The translations under genes and the position numbers were made by a program. From the NCBI GenBank assembly GCA_041650715.1, contig JBAZKQ010000001.1, forward strand, positions 587,146 to 651,145: 64,000 nucleotides of DNA, in the 5' to 3' direction. This document shows, in pieces, positions 19,808 to 28,875 of this stretch. The first letter of the stretch is position 1. Each line of letters begins with the position of its first letter. This DNA comes from Patescibacteria group bacterium. Its GTDB lineage: Bacteria; Patescibacteriota; Patescibacteriia; Patescibacteriales; UBA12465. The notes under the pieces are model-generated. The model ran no database searches. It was given only the letters and a program-made list of their open reading frames with translations, and was not told the origin of the DNA.

Positions 19808-20314
19808 TTAAGCGAATATCCTGGCGAGCGCCAAGAAAATAAGAGCGGCGATGAGCCAAGTTAAATATGAAGTCGGCAAATATTTATCGCGGCCGATTTT
19901 AAGCCAATCTTTATGCCAAAAAATACTTCCCTTTGGCCCCTTGAGTAATTCCGTCCAGGAATGAAAATACCAATTGCAGATAAACCAAGTAAGATCGGCG
20001 AATAAGAGGGTCGTAAAAAAACTACCGATAACCAGAAAGATATTGCGCGTTCCAAATATATATTCGAGAATAAAAACCCCGCCAAAAACAAGATAGGATA
20101 GAATCAAATGATAATTTAGAGGCGGTTCAAGCTTAGTCGCCTTCGTCAGCACGTCGCCCAATTTTGTTCCCTTAAGAATTGACTTCGCATACCACTTATC
20201 TTTCGACCAGCCGCTGCCCCAACCATGGGACTTTTCAACCGAGATTTCAAAGAGGGCAAGCGGAATCGCAAAAAAAAGAATATTTAGTAGTGGATGCAAT
20301 AAATAAATAGACAT
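19808..20314 (-). CDS. integral membrane protein, unknown
   Basis: 168 aa, four hydrophobic segments. Confidence 0.35.
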   Translation of the reverse strand: MSIYLLHPLLNILFFAIPLALFEISVEKSHGWGSGWSKDKWYAKSILKGTKLGDVLTKATKLEPPLNYHLILSYLVFGGVFILEYIFGTRNIFLVIGSFFTTLLFADLTWFICNWYFHSWTELLKGPKGSIFWHKDWLKIGRDKYLPTSYLTWLIAALIFLALARIFA

Positions 20315-20379
20315 AAAAAATTATTAATTATGCATATATTTTAGCATTGTTGCATAAAATCTGCCATAAAAAGAATAAA

Positions 20380-21258
20380 TTAGGAAAGAATTATTACTTT
20401 CGCTAAATCGGCTTCCATGCTTTTCAGGCCGGCATAAGTCAGTTTATCCATCATCGCTCCGTCGAAGCAAATGGTTTTAATGGCGCGATAATATTTCTTT
20501 GACCAGGTAGTCCAAGTATAGGCCGAATGAAAAGACACGTTTTTAAGAGTTGCGCCCCTGAACGTGGCTTCATTGAGCGAGCACATATCGAATTTAACGT
20601 CGACGAAACTTAAGCCGTCGAGGCATTTCCCCCGCAGATCGGTATACTTAAAATTTACGGCGTCAAATGAGCAATTTTCCAAAACCGTTTTTCTCAGGTC
20701 GAGCATATTAAGTTTAAGATCACTAAATTTTACATCAATAAATTTCGCCCGAGCCAGCTCAGACACGCTAAATTCGGTGCGTACCAAAATAGCCTTATTA
20801 AAACTTGCCCCCGACAAATCAAGCGTAGTTAAGACACAGTCCGTTAAATTAGCGCCGTCGAAATTGGCCTCGCGCAGGTCGCTGGCTTTGAAAGAGCTGC
20901 CGCTTAAATCCGCGCCCGAAAAATTTGATCCGCGTAGCGCGCTCGCTTCGAATTTTCCTTTATGCGCGCTCACTCCCGCAAAGTCGCTCTTCACCAAATT
21001 ACCACCGCTAAAATTTATTAATAGATGCCGCTCAAGTGAGCGCGTAAGCCCAGCGGATTCCCGCACCGTCTCTTCGATATTGCCGATACTATCGATAGTG
21101 AGTTCAAAAGCCGTTTCTTCATCCTGGCCGGCAGCCACAAGTTCACGGAAACGTTCCTGCAAGTCGGAAAGTAAATCAGCCTTTAATTCGGCGACGCTTT
21201 TTACGCCGTCATAGGGAGCAAAGATTCCCTGTAAATAATCATTTAATTTCTCATTCAT
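20380..21258 (-). CDS. pentapeptide-repeat protein with N-terminal helical domain (PadR-associated)
   Basis: Long run of A(D/N)LxG-type pentapeptide repeats, e.g. ASDLREANFDGANLTDCVLTTLDLSGASF... Confidence 0.6.
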   Translation of the reverse strand: MNEKLNDYLQGIFAPYDGVKSVAELKADLLSDLQERFRELVAAGQDEETAFELTIDSIGNIEETVRESAGLTRSLERHLLINFSGGNLVKSDFAGVSAHKGKFEASALRGSNFSGADLSGSSFKASDLREANFDGANLTDCVLTTLDLSGASFNKAILVRTEFSVSELARAKFIDVKFSDLKLNMLDLRKTVLENCSFDAVNFKYTDLRGKCLDGLSFVDVKFDMCSLNEATFRGATLKNVSFHSAYTWTTWSKKYYRAIKTICFDGAMMDKLTYAGLKSMEADLAKVIILS

Positions 21259-21273
21259 ATAATTTAAATTAAT

Positions 21274-21687
21274 TTATAATAAGTTATCAAGTACGCGCTT
21301 GGCGTACTGCCAATTGCTTTTATTGCGGGCATAGGTCGCCTTGCCCCGGGCGGTAATCCGAAAATACTTACGCCGTCCGCCCTGCGATTCATCGCCCCAA
21401 TACCATTCGATATTCCCTTCTATTTCCAGGCGCCGGACGCTGGAGTACATCGTGGCCTCTTTCAACTCATACTTGCCGCCCGAACGCTCGGCTATCAGCT
21501 TAACAATCTCGTAGCCATAGCGGTCAGCTTCCGACAAAAGACCTAAAATCATCGTATCGGTATGACCGCGCAAGAGGTCGGATGTAATTTTGTTTTCACT
21601 CATATAATTTTTGTTTATTAGCTTCATGTTTCTATTGTACGTCATACTACTGTGCTTGTCAAGGTAGTGGGGATAAATTAATAACAC
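21274..21687 (-). CDS. PadR-family transcriptional regulator
   Basis: DTMILGLLSEADRYGYEIVKLIAERSGGKYELKEATMYSSVRRLEIEGNIEWYWGD is the PadR winged helix. Confidence 0.7.
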   Translation of the reverse strand: MLLIYPHYLDKHSSMTYNRNMKLINKNYMSENKITSDLLRGHTDTMILGLLSEADRYGYEIVKLIAERSGGKYELKEATMYSSVRRLEIEGNIEWYWGDESQGGRRKYFRITARGKATYARNKSNWQYAKRVLDNLL

Positions 21688-21769
21688 GGACTAATAATTA
21701 ATGAAAAATTTGACAAAAAATCATTATTCGTTATAGTATTGACGCAGAACTTTTAAAAAAACATATCCC

Positions 21770-22315
21770 ATGAAAAAAACTTTATGCCTTTTTTTATTGC
21801 TCGCAGCGATTGCCGGCTCGACCTTCGCCCAGTCAACCAGCGGCGAATGGCAATTACAGAATCCTTTCCTACCGTCTCTCAGCCTTTTAATGGGATTTGG
21901 CAATGAAAATTTTATTATTATGACGCTTGATCTCGCAAACAATTCGACAGGGATGTCTTCAGGCAAATGCCGAATTGAAGGCAGCCAAGTAACCTTTACG
22001 CCGACGAATGGGTCGCCCGAAGCATTTACTCTTACCTGGCTCAACCGGAACAAATTTAGCTTGGCCAATTCTGAACAAACTCTAATATTTGCCAAGTACC
22101 AATCATCCGAGGATAATTTTTTACAAAATTATAATAACAGACCAAAATATTATAATAGTAATGAAATTTGCCATGCCTGCAAAGGAACGGGGATATGTAA
22201 GGTCTGTGCCGGAACCGGTGAAGTCCATAACAAATATAACCCTCTGTGCCCATCATGTCTCGGTTCGGGATTATGCAAGTTCTGCGACGGGACGGGTAAA
22301 TTTATTCCTAAATAA
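21770..22315 (+). CDS. lipoprotein with C-terminal DnaJ-type CxxCxGxG zinc-finger repeats
   Basis: Signal peptide. CHACKGTGICKVCAGTGEV...CPSCLGSGLCKFCDGTG contains four CxxCxGxG units. Confidence 0.5.
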   Translation: MKKTLCLFLLLAAIAGSTFAQSTSGEWQLQNPFLPSLSLLMGFGNENFIIMTLDLANNSTGMSSGKCRIEGSQVTFTPTNGSPEAFTLTWLNRNKFSLANSEQTLIFAKYQSSEDNFLQNYNNRPKYYNSNEICHACKGTGICKVCAGTGEVHNKYNPLCPSCLGSGLCKFCDGTGKFIPK

Positions 22316-22339
22316 TCTTCAAAGCCATTTAAAAAGCCA

Positions 22340-22366
22340 CCGGATATACCAAATATCCGGTTTTTT
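22340..22366 (+). terminator. intrinsic terminator
   Basis: ccggatat-accaa-atatccgg plus tttttt. Confidence 0.55.
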
Positions 22367-22481
22367 ATTAATAATTATTTTGTCGATTATAGCCGCAAAG
22401 GCATCTTTGCCTTTTGCTACCTTGTATAAAAAGGTAGTATGTGATATATTAGTATTAAGATAAATTAAACATGGGAAAAAT

Positions 22482-22823
22482 ATGGAAGAAGAATATAAAA
22501 AATCATTGGAAAATGCCGCGGCCCAAATGCGCAAAGGCGTTTTAGAGTTTGCGATTCTACTGGTAATTGCCAAAAAGAAAACTTATGCTAACGAAATTAT
22601 TTCCCAATTAAAAGACGCGAAGCTTACCGTTGTCGAAGGTACGGTTTATCCCCTGCTCTCCCGGCTCAGAAACGCCGGATTATTAGACTACGACTGGGAA
22701 GAATCGAAATCGGGACCACCGCGAAAATATTATACTCTCACGGAAAAAGGCAAACAGTTTTTAAAAGGCTGCGAAGAACAATGGAAAAGTTTAACCCTCG
22801 CCATCATTAATTTAAAAAAATAA
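22482..22823 (+). CDS. PadR-family transcriptional regulator
   Basis: VIAKKKTYANEIISQLKD...EGTVYPLLSRLRNAGLL...PRKYYTLTEKG. Confidence 0.75.
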   Translation: MEEEYKKSLENAAAQMRKGVLEFAILLVIAKKKTYANEIISQLKDAKLTVVEGTVYPLLSRLRNAGLLDYDWEESKSGPPRKYYTLTEKGKQFLKGCEEQWKSLTLAIINLKK

Positions 22824-22827
22824 TTAT

Positions 22828-24867
22828 ATGGAAAAGACAATCTCAATAAATTTAAATAATCAAAATTTTCAAATCGAGGAAGAAGCTTACGAAAAACTGG
22901 CCCTCTATTTAGAAAGTATTAAACGCCACTGCGGCGCCGGCGCCGATTCCGCCGAAGTCATTTCTGATATTGAAAATAGCATCGCGGAAAAACTCAAATT
23001 AACTTTAAATTCTTATAAAGAAGTCATTACTATAGCGGATGTCGAGTCGCTAATTAAAATAATGGGGACGGTTGAAGATTTTGACCGTGAAGTCGGCAAT
23101 CCGAATCCTGAAGACTTGCAAAGTCCGGAAGACGAAAATGACAAAAGATTAAAACGCAAACTTTATCGCGATACTGATAACGCAGTCATCGGCGGCGTCG
23201 CAGCCGGCCTTGGCAATTACTTTAATATTGATCCCGTTCTTTTTCGAATTATTTTCTGCGCTCTAATATTTGCCGGCGGTAGCGCCGTGCCGATTTATAT
23301 CATATTATGGATAGTTATGCCGGAAGCTAAAAGCGCCCACCAAAAATTAGAGATGCAGGGACAAGCTCCGACCATAGCCGCCTTTAAAAACTTAGTCAAA
23401 ACCGGAAATAAAATAAAAGCCAATTGGAAAAACCGTTGGGAAAAACGCTCACCCTTAGGAAAAATTATTAGCCTGCCGCTTCTAATCATTAACGGAATAT
23501 TTCTCGCCCTGAAGAAAGTTTGGGAGGCTCTCTGGCCGATAATTGGAATGTTTTTCGGCTTACTTTTAATTTTGGTGGCCTTATCAGTTTTAGTTGGGGT
23601 TGGCATCGGCAGTTTATATTTACTCTTGCAAGCCCAATCCAATTATAGTTTTAATTTTATCCCCGTACGTGAATTAAGCGCGTCCATCCCTTTGGTTTGG
23701 CTGCTAATCACCGGTTTCTTATCGTTAGCCCTGCCGTCCTTTTTGGCAATTATCGGCGGCTTGGCAATAATCCAAAGGAAAAAATTAATCAGCTTCCAGT
23801 TGGCCGCTCTTATTTTCGGACTCTGGATTATCGCCGGCATCGCTTTTAGCGCCTTGGGTTTACGCTACGTGCCGGAATTAAAATATAAAGTAGATAATTA
23901 TCCCAGCCTTCAACAAACTACTAAAACTATTGATTTGGAAAACTTTAGCAATCTCAACGCGCGTGGCAATTCTCTTAAAGTCGTTATTAAGCCGGGCACC
24001 GGTACGAGCAGCCGCGCAGTGATAAGCGGACGCGCGGTCGATTTAGCTCAGATTGCTTTGCAGAAAAATAGTATTGATTTAAATATCGATGAAAATAGGA
24101 CCAACCGAGCCTACTGTCTTGGTTGCAACCTTGAGCAAGTTATTGTCAGAATATACGCGCCGGCTTTAAAAAGTCTGGATGTCAAAGCGGCTGATATCGA
24201 AATCTCATCCGAATTTAAACAAGCTCTTAAAATTACCGCATCGGGTACTTCAGTCATTAATTGGTCAGACGCAGCCGCTCCGAGTTTAGAGGCTAATCTA
24301 ACTGGTTATGCTGACTTATCAGTTGATGGCCGTATCGCCAGCACGAGCTTAATTATAAATAATGCCAATGCTCATTTTACTGATTTTAGTGGCAGTTCGC
24401 TTAGTTTAAGTATGAAAGGCGAGGCTAGTAAAACTGATTGGAAAGGCAAAGTCGATAATTTTAATATCAGTAGCGTTAAAGGAGAGGATTCGGACGGCTC
24501 GGTAGATGCTTCCGCCTTAACAGTCAAAAAAATGATAATCGATTCTCAGGGCGCTTTGATAATAGTGAGCGGCCCGAGTTCTGAAATCCAAACTAATTTA
24601 TCCGATAATTCCCGTCTCTATTATACTAAAGGAACTAAAATTAGCGGTGATCAAAAAAATAAGCCGCTTGTGCAATATATAAAGGTTAGCGCCGCGGAAT
24701 ATAATGACGCGGAAGACAATTATGACGATTCGCTGGGCCTTATTATAAATAGTGATAGCAGTTTAATTTCTGCAAGCAACGGTAAATATTTCCGTCTTCT
24801 CAAGGGAGAATTACCCAATACGCTTTTCCAAACCATAAGCGTTGATTTCAAGCGTTGGGTTGATTAA
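22828..24867 (+). CDS. PspC-domain membrane protein with large extracytoplasmic C-terminal domain (DUF4097-like)
   Basis: KLYRDTDNAVIGGVAAGLGNYFNIDPVLFRIIFCAL is a PspC domain, followed by TM helices. Coupled to the upstream PadR with a 4-bp gap. Confidence 0.65.
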   Translation: MEKTISINLNNQNFQIEEEAYEKLALYLESIKRHCGAGADSAEVISDIENSIAEKLKLTLNSYKEVITIADVESLIKIMGTVEDFDREVGNPNPEDLQSPEDENDKRLKRKLYRDTDNAVIGGVAAGLGNYFNIDPVLFRIIFCALIFAGGSAVPIYIILWIVMPEAKSAHQKLEMQGQAPTIAAFKNLVKTGNKIKANWKNRWEKRSPLGKIISLPLLIINGIFLALKKVWEALWPIIGMFFGLLLILVALSVLVGVGIGSLYLLLQAQSNYSFNFIPVRELSASIPLVWLLITGFLSLALPSFLAIIGGLAIIQRKKLISFQLAALIFGLWIIAGIAFSALGLRYVPELKYKVDNYPSLQQTTKTIDLENFSNLNARGNSLKVVIKPGTGTSSRAVISGRAVDLAQIALQKNSIDLNIDENRTNRAYCLGCNLEQVIVRIYAPALKSLDVKAADIEISSEFKQALKITASGTSVINWSDAAAPSLEANLTGYADLSVDGRIASTSLIINNANAHFTDFSGSSLSLSMKGEASKTDWKGKVDNFNISSVKGEDSDGSVDASALTVKKMIIDSQGALIIVSGPSSEIQTNLSDNSRLYYTKGTKISGDQKNKPLVQYIKVSAAEYNDAEDNYDDSLGLIINSDSSLISASNGKYFRLLKGELPNTLFQTISVDFKRWVD

Positions 24868-24964
24868 TGTAGCTGCTAATATCTAAGAAGAAAGATTGAT
24901 CCTATCTGCTTATTCTGATATAATATATTTGCAGACTTTAGGTCTGCCTGATTTTATTCAAATT

Positions 24965-24985
24965 CCGCCTTCCGGGCGGTTTTTT
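24965..24985 (+). terminator. intrinsic terminator after PspC-domain gene
   Basis: ccgcc-ttccg-ggcgg plus tttttt. Preceded by a second hairpin gcagactttaggtctgc. Confidence 0.5.
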
Positions 24986-25069
24986 GATATCTTTGGTAAT
25001 TTCTTTTTTGAATTTCATATTATAAAATCCTATCTTAACTCTTAAATCCGTTAACTTATTTCTTATCTC

Positions 25070-25282
25070 CTAGCCCATCGTTCTTTGCTGAATCCACTGT
25101 TGGCTTCGGCCCATCTTTTGCCAATAAGCTCTCGACCGATTTAGGGCTTTTTCCGGGTCAGCTATTTCCTGAACTCTTTCATAACCGACTTTTGCCAGCC
25201 AAAGTTTGAAAGGCTCGGCTTTAGGCGACGGAATAGATTGAATCAAACGAAAAATAGTTTCGACATCCCCAGCGTCACTCAA
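25070..25282 (-). pseudogene. Bro-N domain C-terminal fragment (truncated remnant)
   Basis: DAGDVETIFRLIQSIPSPKAEPFKLWLAKVGYERVQE is the conserved C-terminal half of Bro-N. Stops lie immediately upstream in frame, and the N-terminal half is missing. Confidence 0.45.
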
Positions 25283-25610
25283 ATAATATTTACCGTCTTT
25301 AGCTAAAAATTTCAGTTGGTTACAATTTGTAACCGACTGACTGCCCTCTTCTTTTAAGCGACTCTTTATAACTTTCCAATTTTTAAAATTGATTTACACT
25401 TATATTATAGCAAAAACACCCTTAAATTCCCATAAAATTTTGATAAAATTAAAATGAAATTAATAAAAATAAAAAACATTTAACGTTAGCACCTCAATGA
25501 ATTTTTAAGCCGGGGAAAGTCATCTTAATCTAAGCGACAGAAAATTGGATATTTTTATTTTAAAAAAATATATAAAAATTGCCGATTCGAGCCTTCTTTT
25601 TGAATATGCA

Positions 25611-25634
25611 AAAAACACCCAAACGGGTGTTTTA
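25611..25634 (-). terminator. hairpin terminator 3' of tRNA-Ser(GGA)
   Basis: acaccc-aaac-gggtgt flanked by A/T runs. Confidence 0.5.
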
Positions 25635-25641
25635 TTTTGTA

Positions 25642-25727
25642 CGCGGAGAGACAGGGATTCGAACCCTGGGTACCTTGCGGTACACAGACTTTCCAGGTCT
25701 GCCGATTAAACCACTCTCGCACCTCTC
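25642..25727 (-). tRNA. tRNA-Ser(GGA): tRNA-Ser (anticodon GGA), long variable arm
   Basis: Minus-strand cloverleaf with GGAGAGG acceptor, anticodon loop cuGGAaa, long variable arm and GGTTCGAATCC T-arm. Confidence 0.8.
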
Positions 25728-26377
25728 CATTCTTTATATATATTAGTAATTCGTGGATTTGATGACCCAAAAATACTCAAATATTTAATTATCGATTCTT
25801 CCTTATACAAATTTATCTGGTTTTCTTTTTTGTTAATATGCGGTTCTATGGCGAACTTACGAAAAATATCCGAAACCGAATGTATAATATTTTTTGAAAA
25901 ACTAACAAAACAAAAACCGATATTTTTATAAGTAACCCCGCCAACTATATGGTGATGAACATACAAACAACCATCCGTATCGACAAGACCTCTCACAAAT
26001 AGTTTTTCATACTTGTCATTTCTCCGTATCCAATCTGGAATATCAAAATTTTTTTTAATTTTATTACCTCTCACTGCGCCCTTCTTGACCAAAAAATCCA
26101 CCAATGACATGCTTGTTGATATCAACTGCAAAGCCCTTTCACCTCTTTTTCTAAACACTATATCTAAGCCAAAGAGCTTATTTATCATTTTTTCTATATA
26201 CAAAGCATATTCCGCATCCTTATCGGCATTTAAAGTAATAATCATCTGCCAAGGATTACCGATTCCTCCATCGCCAAACTCCGCTCCCATTAATTCAGCT
26301 AAACGGGCCGATTCTCGAGGGAGCTTAATAAGCTTCCGATGACTCTTTTTCGGATATTTTAGAAGAACCTTATCCAT
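25706..26377 (-). CDS. LAGLIDADG homing endonuclease (two-motif, free-standing)
   Basis: Two LAGLIDADG-type motifs: LAELMGAEFGDGGI and FVRGLVDTDGCLYV. The 3' end abuts or overlaps the tRNA-Ser(GGA) 5' end. Confidence 0.65.
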   Translation of the reverse strand: MDKVLLKYPKKSHRKLIKLPRESARLAELMGAEFGDGGIGNPWQMIITLNADKDAEYALYIEKMINKLFGLDIVFRKRGERALQLISTSMSLVDFLVKKGAVRGNKIKKNFDIPDWIRRNDKYEKLFVRGLVDTDGCLYVHHHIVGGVTYKNIGFCFVSFSKNIIHSVSDIFRKFAIEPHINKKENQINLYKEESIIKYLSIFGSSNPRITNIYKEWRGARVV

Positions 26378-26383
26378 TTTCGT

Positions 26384-27100
26384 TTATTGTAATTTCTTTT
26401 CAACAACCGTCTTCATGCCCTCGATATTATCGCCATTAGAATCGACATAATCCTCGTATGGCCGGGCGCCCAGAATCATCTCATCACCGATAAAGATTGT
26501 CGGTGCGCCTTGAACATTATATGTTTCGGCTTCGGCGCTTAGCCCCTCTATTTTTGCGGATTTCTCGTTATTAGTCAAGCAAGCAGTAAAAGTATTCTGA
26601 TCTAAACCGATTTCAGTCGCATAGGCGCCGAATTCGGCTTCATTTACATTACTATTTTTTGCCTTGGCAAATAAAAGCGCTCTCATCGCGGTCCATTTTC
26701 CCTGATCGCCGGCGCATTCAATAGCCAAAGCACTTTCGGCCGCTAAATTATTTTTCTTCGCCACAAAGGGGCGCACAATGATCGCCAATTTATCCGGAAA
26801 ATCAACATTAAGTTTATCAAGCGTATCGGCCAGTTGCGCGCTATAAAGGCTGGAATTATCTTCGTAAACAAAGATTTTGAGCGCTGCGTTTTTATCGCCA
26901 AAGATCATATCGTCCTTTTTAAACGCCGGCACCTTTGAGGTGCTATAACTTTGTGCCTGGGCGGAACCACCCGCTAAATTTTCCAATTTATTAGCATCGG
27001 AGTTAAGGCTGACATGCTTAGGACGGAGAAAAATTATCAGTAAAATAATAACTAACAAAATAATCAGCGCGGGGATGATAAATTTTTTAAATTTTTTCAT
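26384..27100 (-). CDS. DsbA-like thioredoxin-fold protein (CxxC apparently degenerate)
   Basis: N-terminal TM. Thioredoxin_4-like ...YNVQGAPTIFIGDEMILGA... with only one Cys at the expected active site (CAGD). Confidence 0.45.
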   Translation of the reverse strand: MKKFKKFIIPALIILLVIILLIIFLRPKHVSLNSDANKLENLAGGSAQAQSYSTSKVPAFKKDDMIFGDKNAALKIFVYEDNSSLYSAQLADTLDKLNVDFPDKLAIIVRPFVAKKNNLAAESALAIECAGDQGKWTAMRALLFAKAKNSNVNEAEFGAYATEIGLDQNTFTACLTNNEKSAKIEGLSAEAETYNVQGAPTIFIGDEMILGARPYEDYVDSNGDNIEGMKTVVEKKLQ

Positions 27101-27127
27101 ATTATTTTATTTCTATTTTAATTTTTT

Positions 27128-28588
27128 TTATTTTTCCAAAACGCCAATCACTTTAAATAATTTCCCCTCCTCAAGACGCGGTGCGATAAATTGCGCGCCA
27201 ACCGGCATCAAATTTCCCTCCTCGGTTTTAACCAAACCAGCCGGAATAGACATCGCCGGAAGCCCGGCGAGCGAAGCCCCAGTCACAAAAATATCTTCCA
27301 TATACATCGCTAAAGGATCATTAACCTGCTCGCCGATTTTAAAGGCGGGGTGCGGTGAGGTTGGCGTCAATAAGATATCAACTTCCGAAAATACTTTGGT
27401 AAAATCATTAATAATCAAAGTGCGCACGGCCTGTGCTTTTTTATAATAAGCATCATAATAGCCGGCACTCAGCGCGTAAGTCCCGAGCAGAATCCGGCGC
27501 TTCACTTCCGGCCCGAAGCCGAAGCCGCGATTCGTTTTATAAAATTCCTGTAAATTGGCCGTTTCATTTTTGGCGAGCCCCCAGCCGATACCGTCAAAGC
27601 GCGCCAAATTAGAACTAATTTCCGACGGCGTAATTAAATAATAAACCGGGATACCGTATTCAGTATAAGGCAGGCTCACGATTTTTAATTCCGCTCCGGC
27701 CGCTTTTAATTTCGCGCTCATTTCTTCGAGGCGCAGAGCGATGCCGGGATTAAGTTCAGACAAATAATATTCTTTCGGTAAACCGATTTTTATTCCTTTG
27801 AGCGCTTGACCCTCTTTCCCGCTCTTCGCATCGGTTATTTCTTTTTCATAAGCCATAATCGCTTCCGGCGCGCTCGTCGCGTCGCGATCATCCCGACCGG
27901 CGATTGTCTTTAAAATTAAAGCCGCGTCATAGGCCGATTTAGCGAGGGGCCCAATCACATCAGTCGAAGAGGTCATAGAGAGCAATCCGAAGCGTGAAAC
28001 GCGCCCATAGCTCGGTTTTAGGCCATATAAGCCACAGAAACTGGCGGGCTGTCTAATTGAGCCGCCTGTGTCCGTGCCAAGAGCAAAAATACACATATTG
28101 GCTGCCACGGCCGCTGCCGAGCCACCCGAAGAACCGCCCGGAACCCGGGTCAAATCAAGCGGGTTTTTCGTGACTCCGTAAGCGGAGTTTTCCGTCGAAG
28201 CGCCGTGGGCGAATTCGTCCAAATTTGTTTTTCCGAGCAAGACCGCGCCGGCCTCTTTTAATTTTTTTATAACCGTCGCGTCATAGGGCGCAATATAATT
28301 TTCTAAAATCTTGGAAGCGGCTGTTGTCCGGATTCCCTTGGTCATGATGATGTCTTTACATAAATACGGAATACCGAGCAAGTCGCCATCTTCCCCGTCT
28401 TTAATTCTTTTATCCGCCGCCCGCGCTTCGCTCCGGGCTTCGCTCTCGCAAATCGTCAAAACGGCATTTAATTCCGGATTAAGTTTATTTATAACCGCGA
28501 GACAGGCGTCCGTTAGTTCTAAAGACGTAATTTCGCCGGCGTCTAATTTCGCGCGCGCTTCTTTAATTGTAAGTTCATTTAAAATCAT
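27128..28588 (-). CDS. gatA: Asp-tRNA(Asn)/Glu-tRNA(Gln) amidotransferase subunit A
   Basis: Amidase signature GGSSGGSAAAVAA. Length 486 aa. Overlaps gatC by 4 bp. Confidence 0.85.
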   Translation of the reverse strand: MILNELTIKEARAKLDAGEITSLELTDACLAVINKLNPELNAVLTICESEARSEARAADKRIKDGEDGDLLGIPYLCKDIIMTKGIRTTAASKILENYIAPYDATVIKKLKEAGAVLLGKTNLDEFAHGASTENSAYGVTKNPLDLTRVPGGSSGGSAAAVAANMCIFALGTDTGGSIRQPASFCGLYGLKPSYGRVSRFGLLSMTSSTDVIGPLAKSAYDAALILKTIAGRDDRDATSAPEAIMAYEKEITDAKSGKEGQALKGIKIGLPKEYYLSELNPGIALRLEEMSAKLKAAGAELKIVSLPYTEYGIPVYYLITPSEISSNLARFDGIGWGLAKNETANLQEFYKTNRGFGFGPEVKRRILLGTYALSAGYYDAYYKKAQAVRTLIINDFTKVFSEVDILLTPTSPHPAFKIGEQVNDPLAMYMEDIFVTGASLAGLPAMSIPAGLVKTEEGNLMPVGAQFIAPRLEEGKLFKVIGVLEK

Positions 28589-28872
28589 AAAACTCTTTTT
28601 ACCTTTACTTGTCCGTTTTCAAGCTCGCCTTGCGCGAGGGCGGCGGCAACTTCTTCCCTATCCCAATCTTTAACGTCATCGCTGCGCATCACATCGCTCA
28701 GTCCGCTCACCTGCGCCGTCGGCTCAATATTTTTCGTGTTTACTTTATTTAATTTTTCAATATATTGCAAAATTGATCCGAGCTGTTCGCCGAATTTCGT
28801 TTCTTCCGTCGCGCTCAACTTTAAACGGGAGAGCTCGGCGATATGTTTGATGTCTGCCTGATTTATGGACAT
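28585..28872 (-). CDS. gatC: Asp-tRNA(Asn)/Glu-tRNA(Gln) amidotransferase subunit C
   Basis: 95 aa, IKHIAELSRLKLSATEETKF... Sits directly upstream of gatA. Confidence 0.75.
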   Translation of the reverse strand: MSINQADIKHIAELSRLKLSATEETKFGEQLGSILQYIEKLNKVNTKNIEPTAQVSGLSDVMRSDDVKDWDREEVAAALAQGELENGQVKVKRVL

Positions 28873-28875
28873 ATA

